In this document: one piece after another, positions 46,605 through 59,646 of the stretch | Layout: each line of letters starts with the position of its first letter | How positions within the stretch are numbered: position 1 is the stretch's first letter | Origin: Fistulifera solaris | Lineage: Eukaryota | Length of the DNA: 64,000 nucleotides | Assembly: GCA_030295235.1 (NCBI GenBank) | Contig: AP026144.1 | Coordinates: forward strand, 310,001 to 374,000 | Direction of reading: 5' to 3' | Notes under the pieces: model-generated | The model's database searches: none | Told to the model about the DNA's origin: nothing | The model's input: the letters and a program-made list of their open reading frames with translations, nothing else | Program-made: the position numbers and the translations under genes

Positions 46605-47572
46605 ACTGAGTCTGCTTCCTCGGCTGCAGCGTCAACGTAATCCTCATCGCCGTCATCGTCATAATCATCAACAACACCAGGGCTCTGCTCTTGTACAGAC
46701 GTATCCATACAAGTTGGTGATGGCTGCTCCATCATGTTTGAATCCGCTTCTTCCTGAGAAAGCTCCTCCTCGGCTGCAAATTCAATCTCGTGTTCCGCTT
46801 CTCGATTTGGATCGTCGGATTCAAAGACTCCCTTCTTCTCGCTACTGTGGTGATAAAAGGATGCAACCAGCATGATCACTAAGCCCAACAACACCAAACC
46901 ACAAGCAGCAAAGGCAATCCACGCAAAAATGGTCCATACCGTCGACAGTCCCAATATGGACTCGTCCTCCTCGTCATTCGTGGACGATACCGGACTACGA
47001 GAGGGTCGTTCAGAAGTCGGTGGCTGTGTTGGAAAGAGTTCTGACAATGGAATGTTTGTGGGCGCCAAAGTGGGTATAGCCACCGGTCCGGCGGGTTCGG
47101 TCGATGGTTCCAGACAATCGGCCGCCATGGCCAATTCCATGCCACGACACAGACGCTCCGTATACGCTTCCGGGTACACTTGCAGGGGCAAGCGTATCGA
47201 TGCCGAGCCGGTTCGGTCACAACACAATGGATCAAACGAGCCGGTGGGAGGGTCCAAGGACGGATAATCCAAACAGGCGCATTGCAATTCTTCAAAGACG
47301 ATACGGAAAGAAGAGTCGGTGTTCGACGCACTTTCAATGTCGGGACAAGTCGAAAAAGGAGACAAGCGGATGGTTGCGTCGAGAAATTCTCCGAAAAATA
47401 ACATTTGATCGGTGTTAGAGTCACTGTTGGTCATGGCCAGTGCACAGTCTTCGAAGGTAAAGAACAGATAATCGCTGTCATCCTCTGCTGTTGTCAGTCT
47501 GGGAGACAAGATGAGTGTGACGACCAGAAACAGCGGAAAATTACAGAAAGGCGAATCATGTTGTTGCCTCAT
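46487..47572 (-). CDS. Type I membrane protein with a Cys-rich EF-hand-like ectodomain, P/T/S stalk and poly-Asp cytosolic tail
   Basis: Signal peptide, CALAMTNSDSNTDQMLFFGEF, FEELQCAC...CC and YPEAYTERLC. TM segment and a long (GAT)n-encoded Asp run. Confidence 0.75.
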
Positions 47573-48032
47573 TTTATGATCGTTACCAGGAAGTGAATCC
47601 TGACATTATAATACGTAGTATTCTATTGTTGTCCTGCAAAAGTGACCGTAAAGGCATCATGCATCGAAAGACCGCTCTTGTTGTGCCTTGATCTACGTCG
47701 GACGCCTTTTATCGAAACGAGAACCGCAAGTATTTCATTTATCCTACTATGATACGTGAATCGATGAAGACGGTACTCAATAGTTAGGAGCAAGCGACAG
47801 GCGCTTGCCAAGTACTGTAGGCCTCACTTTTTCGACAAAAATTGCTCACAAAAAGATGGCCGAGGACTTTGGAATCCATGAATGCATACAAAATGCCCAC
47901 TTTCTATATTAAAAACAATGAATGTTGACAGTCATTATTCTTTCTTCTTTGCTTGGAGGTGGGTTATACGTGAAAACGAGCGTGTCCCTGCCATACAAAG
48001 CAAGTCGGAATTTCAGATTGAGACCGAACAAA

Positions 48033-48975
48033 ATGAAGAGAACACAAACCGTGACACACGAGTCACGTCGTGCCGATCGATCCTATGTCTTTCGCAGTCT
48101 CTATCTTGGCATTATGGTGCTTCTTCTTTGCTCGGAGGGTAGCATTCTTGGTGCGTCATCCCATTGTGTAAAGTCATTACAAAATGCCAACACCGATCAG
48201 GACAACATTCTGACCAGAGACGAATTCAACACCGTATGGACTTCTCTGACCAATCGCTGGTGTTCCGAGACATCCAATGAGGCGGATGACGCTCTATTCG
48301 AAGATTTGTCTTGTTGGTGCATGACATTTGATGTCGGAAAGTTTGATTTGTGGTGTTGTACAAAGGTGACCTTTGCGGACTCGTGGGCCGGGATCCGTAT
48401 GCCCGATGACTTGTATCCTAGAGAATATGCGGAGTCGTTGTGTGGTCGGATCGAAGAACGGATCAAACAATCGAGTTGCAATGACAATGTGCGACCAAAT
48501 ACACCTCCTCCTCAGCCATCGACGGGTCCTACGGTTTCGCCTGTGCCGGTCTCGAATGAGAAGAACCCAATCATAACCTCCCATGAGGATGGTTTCATGA
48601 GCCAATTAGGAGAAAGTTTCCTTTTGGCTCTTTGTGCCTTTTGTTCGTTGTACCATGGGAGGGACTTACTTGAGGAGGAGTAAACGGTATGGGAACTTGA
48701 ACGAAGAAAATGAGTCAATGGCGACGAAACCAGTGCAGTCGGGCAATTCTAGACATTCTGCCGAGTCTGAGCTATCGGAACAACGTATTCCTGATGACGC
48801 TGGACGTAGCGATCCGATGAAGAATAAGCATTATCTTTTAAACCAAGCCAGTTCGAAAAGTTCGCTAGCGGAGCGCTCAGACAAAAAGTGTTACAATAAG
48901 GAACAGTTTGTCCACAAGAGAGAACAAACAGATCTACCAGCAACCTCGGACGCAGATCCGCCATTTTTCATATAA
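48033..48975 (+). CDS. Divergently transcribed paralogue of the preceding type I membrane protein (frameshift near 48640)
   Basis: CVKSLQNANTDQDNILTRDEF, FEDLSCWC...CC, YPREYAESLC, a Pro-rich stalk and a TM segment. Confidence 0.7.
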
Positions 48976-49739
48976 TCAACACTGCGTTTTATTGAGCTTC
49001 GGTGTCTAGGATTGTCGGAATGCGATCTTGAGTTTACGTATTGTTGGGAATGTTTGCATTGCCTCATTGTTTTTGCTTTGGCTCTACCTGATTCATTGAA
49101 AACCCGCACAATACTAAGATTAATAGAGAGCCGTGTGTCTGATGATGATTATTTGGCTGTTGATATTAATAAAATTATTGGTTATTTATGGAGTCTAAAG
49201 AAGGATGGCTAATAACGTCAGAGAGACTCCTATAAAATTTCCCTGGCTTACGCAATTGAATCCAACAGCAGCATCAATGATAATAACAGCGGTATCGGCG
49301 AATTCTTATTGGCTACTTGCAAATTGGTCGACAAAGAAGCTTGGCCATTTTGTTATTGTTTCATCCGTAGAGGTTCTGTAGAAGCCAAGACTCCAGTTGA
49401 GTTGAGTCACAATATGTCATCCCAACAGTTTGGCAAATAGTTATCAGGGAACGGACCGTTCATATAGAGTGAGTAGTTCTACAAATCCAACGGCTAACAT
49501 AACATTTCGCAAACCCTCTTTAGCACCGGTATGACTTCTATTGGAGGGAGACGTTGAGACGAGCGAGGGCGATGACATCCTTCCTGCGTTCAACCGTTCC
49601 TCCCCCGTTCACCAAAACCAACGATAGTGGTAGTGATAGTTGTCGTCTATTCATAGGCATTCAAGGACAATTACTATCAATCTACTCTCCTTACTAAGAA
49701 GCGTGTTCATTGCGGTTTGCATCTTTTGTATTGTTACAG

Positions 49740-52700
49740 ATGGATCCGGCGTTCAATCGTCCTTGGCGGGATGACAACGATAAACTACCTTCTCGTTATG
49801 GTCGATCGCGCTCGAAAGAGGATGTAGAGCAAAGCAATAGTGACTTTAAAAGCAATCGCAGAGCAGGATTTGTGAACGAAGCCGTGGTGGATGGTGTTGA
49901 ATCTTCTTTTCTAGCTCGTTCTCTGGGGACAGTTCTCGGGAGAAAAAATCTTCAACATCACGAAGAAAAGAGAAAGAGTTGCAAGAAGACAGAAAAATGA
50001 GAGTGTCCTCCCGGAAGGATCGTGATGATGATTTCGAAAGAAGGCACTCTTTGAAACGACGAAATTCAGACAAGAAATCACGATCGTCGACACAGGCAGA
50101 GGCAAAGATGTATGCTGAAAAGACGTCTCTTCCGGGCCTTGGTCGGTCACACAAAAACTACGATGGCTCAACGAATCTTGCAAATCGTGAAGAGCGCAGA
50201 CGGCATCGTAGTTCTGGAGGTGGAAGTCGCCAAGACCTGTGGTCCGATCCGCCTCCAAAGTCACGCGCCGAAGCTATTTCACATAGAGTTTCGTCGGAAG
50301 GTCGAAGCAGTCGCAATCCAATTCAAACCGAGGTAGACTTAGAACCATATCGCCAACAATCTCAGCTTCATGTACGTGATCGGACTTCATCAAAGGTATC
50401 TGAGACGGCTGATTCACTTCGAAACATGAATCTAGATATGTATTCCGAGGTGAATCGACCAAAAGCCATGGAAGTGGGATCCGATCGCACAACAGCGGAA
50501 ACATCTCGCGAACTTCGCACTCGCCGTCTATTGGAGCAGCAACGAGAACGTCGGAATTCAAAGCAGAGCCATGAGCAAATCGATACTTCGATACTAAACC
50601 CAAGCCCCACGCATTTTCCTGCGAGCTCGCCTGCGGTAGAGAAATACTTGTCACGAAAGAATATGATGGATGATATACAGTGCCGCTCGGGGATAGGCCG
50701 TTCCGGCAGCGGCTCCGATGATGATGAGAAGCTTCAATCTTTGCGGAGATCATCTTCCTTAACGAAAGCTTCACCGCGAGATTTTTTTGATGGCGGCTCG
50801 TTCTTCGCAAAAGGCTACGTCTACTACAGATTCGAATATGCAAAACACACAAAAAGCACCATCCTCTGGAAATGGATCTCCCGCAAATATTGTGAGAAGT
50901 TTTCAAGAGGCTAATGATGAAATCAATAAGACACTAAGTTCGGCGGTGAAAGGCTGGTCTACTTTTAACAGCCGACTTCGGCGTGCGGTCTCCCCAACCC
51001 GGGGCATTGTGACGCCTCTCTCCAAAGTGGATCAGTATTTAGCGAACCGGCACCAACAGAAACAGCAAACAGTGGACGAAAGTAAAACCAGCCAATTCAT
51101 TCGCGTTCCAAGCTTTGATACAGATGCGTATTTAGATGGGCTGCAGCAGTCTTCAGAGAGCGGCGAAGATGAGGAAGAAGAGGAAAAGGCTTTTATTGAA
51201 AGTTCAGATGATGAAGTGAAAGATGCAGCCGCTTGGAGTGTCCGTGTCTGCGTTATTTCTGCTGTGGATTTGCCCGCTAGTGTCATTCCTTCTCTGCCTC
51301 TTAGTCCTGTATTAAAACTCGGGTTGGTGTCTATCCCTGGAACTCAAGATAAGAAAGCCGGTCATCTTGAATTGTCAAAGAAAGTGGATATTGAAGGACT
51401 GGCTTCGTTTCCGAGGACAAAGATACGGTGCACCAGTTCCAGAGCCTTGTCACAGCGAGACAATGGCTCTGCTGAATTCTCACGAGGAGATGCGATGGGA
51501 CAACGTTCGACGACCTCATCAAATGGCGCTGGCTGTCGAACTTGCGTCTCGGGCTGTTTTGACGCCAGCGAATTCTCGTGAAAGTCCCGCTCACGTTGAT
51601 ACTTTGTCGTCAGGGCGTCCTGCAGGTCCTGGTACTGCTCTTCGTTTCGGTGCTATGTTCCGCAAGCAACAGAAGAAAGGTTCTAACACTGAGATGGAAC
51701 AAGCCAACGCAGCAGCTGCTCTCGCCAAACTTCTTGTCGAGGAGAATGCTCCTGCAGTGACATCATCAGGAGGCGAGCAATCGACTGAATCACAGGAACG
51801 TGGGCCGTTGTTCGACTCGCACTCATCGGTTATGCGGAGTTTAGCAGCAAATCAGAATGAGGTTGACGTTCAACTCAATCCTCGTAAACTCCAGCGAAGG
51901 CGCACGCGGGTTACAGAGGATTTAAGACTGGGATCTAGAATTATACCACTGGAAAGCCTAGACATACGGCAGGCTATTAAATCCGGATCCGTGCGTGTAG
52001 AACAGTGGATCGAGCTAGACGCGAGTCTGGACACAAACGCGCCGGATTTAGGTAGCCCGCGGCAAAGTTCGGCGAGCAAGCGAAGTCCAAGCGTACTACT
52101 GGAAGTAACTGTTGCGAGAAGAGAGGTCCTCAATGATAGTGAGGATGAAATGGAACAGGAAGAGACAGAAGCAGCTTCAATACGCCGCTCATACTCAAAA
52201 CGCGCGTCCCTTATAGTAAAAAAATCAGCTAAAACGTGAAGCCCCTGTAGCGCAGGTAAAATCTTTGGACGACCCTATACTGGAACCAGGAATTATTGAT
52301 TTTGCCTGTGTCATGGGCGCACGCGACATCGGTGACCAAAAATCAGATGATGGTGGTAGAGGATGGGTGAATTCGAATCCTGAATGCATTATCTTGGATC
52401 GCTTTCCTGCTACGGATGCTTTTCACCAAGATAGGGGACGCAAAGCTACCTTAGCGGAAAAAAATAGAATGGTTTTGTTTTCCCGAGGGAATTAGATTGT
52501 GGCGAGGTACAACTCCTCCAAATGCGGAAGAAATGAATTTGAAGCGCTTCTCTGCTTTGTCGCCTGGATCTATGTCGTCCTCTACAGCTCTTTTCGACGC
52601 CCATCTCGGATGCACTACATCATTCTCATGGTTCGTTATTGCATCAAACTCAGATGAGTATGGTTCAGAACTTGTAAAAACATATGGTGCTGTCATTCGC

Positions 52701-55700
52701 TTTTATGTCCCCGCCCCGATCGGCATAGATCCAAAGCAAGATGATTTTGCCCAATTTATAACAGACGATAAATATCAGCAATCAGATTTTGTTGAGAGAA
52801 AGCGTCTTTGGGTTCCCCTGGCAATTTGCTTGACGTCGAGTCTGCCCATCGTCGGAATAATGGAAGCGATGCTATTGCGTCTCTGTGATGCTTTGTCTAT
52901 CAGTGGCATCCCCGAGGATCTTTCATCATCTGGCATAATGAAAGAGATCGCGCAGGTTGTTGTAAATTTTCACAGACCAATTCAAGGTGTGGTGAACTGT
53001 TCTATACCATTTCTCTCCGGAGACCCATTTCACGTAGCGCTTCCACCAAGCCAAGGTTTGCCTTCGTTGCCACACGGGAATGCAATATCGACGGTTTGCC
53101 GCCTGCTTGGAGCAGATGGTCTCACCACTTTATTAGCTGCTTTGTTAACTGAAAGCAAAATCCTGTTGCACTCAGATGATGTTGCTAATCTTTGTTTGGT
53201 CGCTGAGGTAGTCACTGCGTTGATTTACCCCTTCCAGTGGTCTCTACCTTATGTACCTGTTCTGCCAGCTGCGATGATGGAGTTTATCGAGGCCCCAATG
53301 CCCTATTTGCTTGGAATCCCATCGTGCAACATGAAGCACATTGATCCAAGTGTTTTGGAGGACGTTGTCGTTGTAAATATAGACCAAGGCTTAGGTGACA
53401 TTTTTGAGAGCGAGCAGGGTAGAAATCAGATGTATAAATCACCAACACCACTTCCACTCCCTGTCACCATCAGTATTGAAAGAGCAGTAAGCAAAGTGGT
53501 TCGAGCAGGCGAGGATGCAGAAGCACCGAATGGCAACAGTCGCGTGACTGGGGTCCAAACTTTTCCGCGGATGGAACCGGAAAGCGCCATCGAAAGAGAG
53601 TTTCGACTTTCTATTGCGATTGACATTTGCGGTCTTACACGGGGATTGGAAGAATGTTTAGTCTATGCCTCGTCTTCCCAGCCGGTCTTTAATGTCGACA
53701 AGTTCTTGCAAATTGCGCCTGCAATGTTCGAAGAACAGCGTGGCTATAGCTCTAAGCTTCACTTCCGGGGAGAGCCATCTACTCAAAAAGTTGTTTCGCC
53801 AATGTCAAGGAAATTTATGTCCACTTTTGTCAACTGCCAACATTTTCACCAGTTCCTTGAATTAGTCAACGACGACCGCCTTGCTTTATTTCACGATATC
53901 ATGGAAGTTTGGAAAGCAGGAAGGTCGCAAAAGGACACTCTCTTCCAGCCACTTGACTACGATACTGTTGTTTCCCGTTTGTCGAAAACCTTGAAGAAAC
54001 GCGAGGATAAAATACCGACTTTTCGTATTTTGAAAAATATAGATGATAAAATTGAATTGGAGCCGAAGTCAGGAACCAAACGTTTTCCATTCGATTTGTT
54101 ACATCACCTTGTTGTCGACGATGCGTCTGCGAATGACGATAACCTCCCTTTGTCGGACGGCGTCAAACAGGTATCCGTTGCGTACCTAGTCGAATTGGAA
54201 AAAAATCCTTGGCGCTACCGTTCGCTTTTCAGCATAGACATTGAAGATCCAGTGGTGGCCAGGACACTTTTTATTTCGGAGAAAATTAAGCTGCGAGACG
54301 CAATTGGTGAGCGCCGTTTCCAGGCATGGCAGATGTCGAAAGAAGACGATAGTTTTAGCATGCTTTCAGAAGAGCCAGGAAATGCCTTTTCCTCTGAACC
54401 GCTCGATCTTAAAAGTCTTCTACAATACGCCGACTCATCGATTGAAAAATGTATTGCCACATCTGAACACAGTCAGAAGAGAAATGTCGTTGATGATGCC
54501 AAGAGCAGAGACGCTATTCGCCGATGCCTTCAAGATCTCGCTGCTTCCACTGGATCCGAGCATAAGATTCCCAATGAGAGTCTTGTAAAGCAGGCAGAAG
54601 ATGCTATGCGTAACCTTTCTGCTAAAAACTTCTTTCTTAACGTCTTGAGCCAGCGAAAGGGCTCGGATAGCCAGAGAGTGGACTTTAACACAAGACGCCG
54701 CACGACAGTGTTCAATACTGTGTCCTTGTCGTCAAAAGTAGAAAATGAAGCATTTGATATTCTGGTGAGGTTGGGGTGCGCTATACTTAATGACTGTGCA
54801 CAGGGCCGAGACTTTGAAACTGCTGCAGCCCTTTTGAAGCTCACTGCTGGCTTATATACATCAGTCGCGTCGAAAGAAGGCGAAAACGCAGTTGTTTATA
54901 TGACATCTCGTATAGGAGGCCACCATGTGTATGCAGAACTTGGCGTTTGGGAGTCAGTGATGAGATCTCATCTGACTGCTCGTCACGAAACGTTAAAAGA
55001 AGACAAAGCTTCGTCAGAAGAAAGTAGTGATGTTGAGGGTGGATGAGTATGAGGCAACCATTTCAACGCTATACGAAATGGTTGCGTATGGTATACCGGC
55101 AGAAGAACTAGCAAGATTTTCTTTTGGAAAAGCCAGAAAAATGGTTGGTTCAAGAGCGAGAAAGGAATGTCGCTCCTCCTACTATCAAAGAGACTGAGTG
55201 GCCGCCGGGAACAGGGCGTGACGACCTCAAGTAGTGCTACCATCAGCGATATCGATTCTTTGGGCTTATCAAAAACATTCATGGACGAACCTGTTCAAGG
55301 TCACGACTCCCAGGATAGTCCGCTCCACTGGATGGAAACAGGATGGTGCCATCCGGCCGCAAAATCTGCTCGACGACTGGGCGCTTCGGACACACACGTC
55401 AATGCCAAACGACAAGGGACACAGAATATTCTTAACCTGCTTGACGAGCAGCAAAGTTCGCAGCGGCATGAAAAGCGCATAAAGCGATCAGCTGTCACTG
55501 CTATGTCGTATGTTGGCTCGTCCGTGGTTGCAACGGGTGGGCTCGATGGTGGTGTTTTTCTTGCTCGTAGAGTTCGTACAGATCGTAAAAGTCGTACCAC
55601 AGACAAGGGCCAGCAAGACGAGAAGTGGGATACTTGCCTTGTGAGGGGGATGCATCTTGACTGGGGAAGTTCAGGTAGTCGCTTCGCCTCTGTCGGTTCT

Positions 55701-57050
55701 GCAACGGGGGCTGACGGTGAATTTGGCGTTGGAGCTGTTTCCTGCCTTGCCACCACGCGCGCTATTTCTCACACATTTGACTCTCCCACCTCAAAAGACA
55801 CGGTGGAGCCTCCAGACGAGCATGACCTTTTGAAGGAAATGGATGGATGCCGAGTTATTGCTGGGACAACATGTGGTGATTTGCGTGTCTGGTCGATAAA
55901 AGATGTATTTTCGGCTGTGTTCTTCGCAAAAGGAAATGAATCATCAAAGTTCGGTGCCAGTGGCAACCAAGGAGCTGATTTCGCTGCCGGTAGCTCCCTT
56001 ACCCGATTAAAGTTCTCGCTGCGAGGAAGGGCTCTTTCTGGGCATCGAGGCGGTGTGTCGTGCGTTGACGTCCCTTCTCCAATATTCAGACCAGATTCGA
56101 TAATTACTGGTGGCGCTGATGGGCTCATTAAACTATGGAGCTTAAGGTCGCCCAGTATATCTGGAATTGGGCAGCGCGGAGGAGAGGTGGACCCAAGTCG
56201 CATCGTCCAATCTGCCTTGCCGTCCAGTCCTCGAACAACGGCTGCTCGAAGTGGAGATGCTCTGAGCATACTATCAGGACACGGTGGCCGTATCCTATGT
56301 GTGAAAACCGCTTGGCATGGCGACCGACTTTTGTCCTGCGGAGCTGACCGCACGGTCAGAGTTTGGGACATATCGGGAAGTGGCGGGCGCTGTATAAATA
56401 CTCTGTCGGGACACTTTGGGTGGGTTACCAAAGTCAATTACTGGGGCCCACATACCATTATATCTGCTTCAACAGATCGCTCTATTGCACTTTGGGACAC
56501 TCGTATTCGAAGCACCCCGCTCTTTGCGTTACGACATCATCTGGCGCCAGTGTCCGACATTCTGGTTGGAGCTCGAACAGATCCGATTATTGTGAGTGCT
56601 GGACTGGACGGCCAAGTGGCAGCATGGGATTTTCGAAAGCTCAATGGCAGAACGAACAGCTCTACTCTCGCGACTTTGCCTGATAATAAGAAGTCACATC
56701 GTTGTATGGTAATTCGGAATCCCATCGGCAATTTGAATTTGAGAGATCATGAAAGACATCGACACGTTGCTGGTACTTTGCTATTGAGCAGAGCATCGGT
56801 TCGAGAAAGTATCAATAGTGTCTATTGTCTTGGATCCGATGGAACCATACGAGAATGGGATACTATGAGCGGGAGAATCCTCTCAGAGCATGTCACTGGT
56901 CATAGCGACGCCATCAGTGGTTTTTGTTCGGTTGGACAAGACGATTCGCTGATGGACTCGTCCATCGAAGGTACAAGAAGAGGCATGGCAACCACCACAA
57001 TTAGCGCATCATGGGATGGAACTGTTCGGTTACGTCGTCTCGTTAGATAG
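49740..57050 (+). CDS. Large DENN-domain protein with N-terminal C2-like region and C-terminal WD40 repeats (SCD1/DENND3-like Rab GEF); several frameshifts
   Basis: uDENN ILDRFP. DENN core LLAALLTESKILLHS...LIYPFQWSLPYVPVLP...IEAPMPYLLG. dDENN FVNCQHFHQF. WD40 GH...WD repeats at 56030-57050. Confidence 0.85.
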
Positions 57051-57565
57051 TCAAAGAGTTAGTGCAAATGCGCTCGAACGAATGTAGACTTAGAATAATG
57101 TAAGTTTGAAGACAATTAAGTAGTCAAATTATCTTCATCAGGCCAAAGTTTCTGTTGGGGGAGACAAAAGGGACGTCACTTTCACGTGTGTTTGGGCAAA
57201 AAACGGTGTGATCAAAATTGCATAACCTCCGGGTTCCCCCTCTGTCGATAAGGTTTCCTACGAAAGCCACGTGAAATTTGCGTACACATTCGATGCGTTG
57301 CATCTTTCATATTGTTTACATTGTGAAGTCAAGTTGATGTCAATCACCGCTATTTGTCGCGAATTATCCATGTCAAGGAAAGCGATGATGGTATTGGTGC
57401 ACAGTAGACCTGAAAAATGGCCTGACTGAAATTACACAATATCCGGGTGCCCCGTCAATACGCAGTCAACTCGAACACTCTGTTTGAAAAATCATTTCTG
57501 TTGTTGCGTACCGTATTCTTTGTCATGTGAGAGCTTTTGGTTCGTTCGTCTCAAACGCCGCAATA

Positions 57566-58309
57566 ATGGGAAAGAAATCAAATGGACTGTATTTAGCGTT
57601 CCGACACATTTACGAGGGAACATGGAGAAGACCGGCGTTCGAACTCGGTCGACAGCTCTTTTGGAGTGCTCTATTACCCGTCCTGTTCGTTACAACGACT
57701 CTTTTCTCCGTGTTACGCTTTTATTTATGGATTCGTTTACGATGGTTCGCATCGGCACGTGAATTGCATCATGAAGCGCTTTGTGCGTATCAGCAACAAC
57801 CGACCAAGAAATCGACACGCAAAGTGCACAATCTACTGCATCGGGCCATTCAACGAGACCCCACCTACCAGCCGGCGTATTTGTCGCTCGCGGCTAGCTA
57901 TTTGTACCCAGCCAACTATCCTTCGACACACCGGGATCCCGATCAAGCATTGCGAGTACTCGAGCAGTGTCGTAGTAATACAAAAGGAGGAGACAATATC
58001 ATCCGGGCTCTCGAGTTGGATTGTGAGGTTGTAAAATCAGGTCAGGATCACATGATATTGGATGCTTTGCGACAGAGTGCCTACTTAAATAGGGCTTTTG
58101 CGAGGCAAGAAAATGAAAAAGTATTGTCACACGGGACGGCCCCACCATTGGTACAAACGAATCATCACAAGAAAGCAAAAGGACAGGTAGTCATGAGCTT
58201 ATCATTGCTTATCGCTTATTTTTCGTACATTGTAAGATTACTTTTTCATTCCGTAGACTATCTATCATTCATAGTAATCGGGGTCATGGTAACGACGATA
58301 CCACGATGA
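57566..58309 (+). CDS. Hypothetical membrane-anchored TPR-like protein
   Basis: TM segment followed by LLHRAIQRDPTYQPAYLSLA. The 3' end is uncertain. Confidence 0.5.
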   Translation: MGKKSNGLYLAFRHIYEGTWRRPAFELGRQLFWSALLPVLFVTTTLFSVLRFYLWIRLRWFASARELHHEALCAYQQQPTKKSTRKVHNLLHRAIQRDPTYQPAYLSLAASYLYPANYPSTHRDPDQALRVLEQCRSNTKGGDNIIRALELDCEVVKSGQDHMILDALRQSAYLNRAFARQENEKVLSHGTAPPLVQTNHHKKAKGQVVMSLSLLIAYFSYIVRLLFHSVDYLSFIVIGVMVTTIPR

Positions 58310-59227
58310 GTACGAGCTCATGTCGCGTTGCGGCGACTGACCCTGCAGGCGACCCAAATTCTGGAATCCTCCATTTGTCGTCGTTTTCGTCGTACCTTCC
58401 CACGGTTGACGGCAATTGGGACACGTGGGATGACTGCGCTGCTGTTGCAACCAGTGAGAGATGCACTTGGCATGAAAATTGGCTCCACATTGGGTTCGAC
58501 AGTGCATGTTATCTGCCGCCGCCTCTAGCACATCAAAGCAAATCGGACAGTCTTCTTGATCCTGTCGACACGCGACTTGAGGAACAGGGTCCCGCTGTAG
58601 CTTGGCGTATTCGTTTCGTACAACCGACTTGGCTAGGACCGCTCCGCTCACTTGCTGGAACCGTTGCTCCATACAGGCATACATCTCTTCCAATTCCGTC
58701 TTGATCCAAGCTTGTTGATACACCAGTGGTGACGACGACGGAATCGCCATGACTTTGAGTAACACAAAGAGAATGTGTTTGCAAAGATTGCCTTTGGCAT
58801 GGTCCGGGCAGCTGCAATGCGGAGAGCGACGGATCGTCACTTCATAGACATTGCCCGTGGATCCCAACACCACAAACGTACATGACAAATCTTGAACGTC
58901 CGATTTTGTCACCAAGTACATGGACTGCGAAAGGGCACGATCAATGCGCTGTTGAATCCCTTTGGGAGGATTGCTTCGATAGCGCTTGCTTCGCTTCTCC
59001 GGTTTTCCGACTTCTTTCGATGACAGTGCGATGTGAGTCGTCGATGATTTAGCACCGTTCGACTGCCGAAAGCTCACGTAACGCTGTCGAAGCGTATCCG
59101 TAGTACCCGTTGCCGGTAACTTGAACGCTTTCAAAACTGTTTGGAGTTCACCACGAGACAAAATGGAAGGATCTTTTGTCATTGTAGTCGCCACGATGGC
59201 GTTGATTGGCTTGACTTGCGTCGACAT
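58265..59227 (-). CDS. SAP + SWIM + RING-H2 zinc-finger protein (ZSWIM2/MAP3K1 N-terminus-like)
   Basis: SAP LSRGELQTVLKAFKLPATG..LRQR. VLGSTGNVY, SWIM CSCPD...CKH, and RING CPICF...C..CG..FH..CI..W...CPNCR. Confidence 0.88.
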   Translation of the reverse strand: MSTQVKPINAIVATTMTKDPSILSRGELQTVLKAFKLPATGTTDTLRQRYVSFRQSNGAKSSTTHIALSSKEVGKPEKRSKRYRSNPPKGIQQRIDRALSQSMYLVTKSDVQDLSCTFVVLGSTGNVYEVTIRRSPHCSCPDHAKGNLCKHILFVLLKVMAIPSSSPLVYQQAWIKTELEEMYACMEQRFQQVSGAVLAKSVVRNEYAKLQRDPVPQVACRQDQEDCPICFDVLEAAADNMHCRTQCGANFHAKCISHWLQQQRSHPTCPNCRQPWEGTTKTTTNGGFQNLGRLQGQSPQRDMSSYSSWYRRYHDPDYYE

Positions 59228-59646
59228 TTGCGAATTGATTTGTGAGTGTAACTTGAGTGAGGAGGAGAGGAGTCGTCGTCGTTGACAACAAAGAAACCAA
59301 GCAGCGCGATCGAATTCCTTGTATTCAGCGAATGATACAAGGCAATGAATGATAGAGACAAAGATGTTTGTTTGTTATTCCCTCGAAAGGTAAAACGAAA
59401 ACAGCTTCGTAACGCCGGCGACGCGAAGCATTGGCGAGACGCGGAAGTCGAGCAAATGAGACAGACCGCTGCGACTGAACTGAGAACTGTTTCCCTCACT
59501 TCATAAGGCGCAGAAATCATTTGTGGCCCTATTGATGCGAAAGAGCGGAAGCTACAACTCCAGAACGACTGTTCGTTTTCTTGATACACTCTCTTTATAA
59601 TTTAATCACTAGTACAGTTCACAAAAATGGTGGAAGAGTGCGCGCG

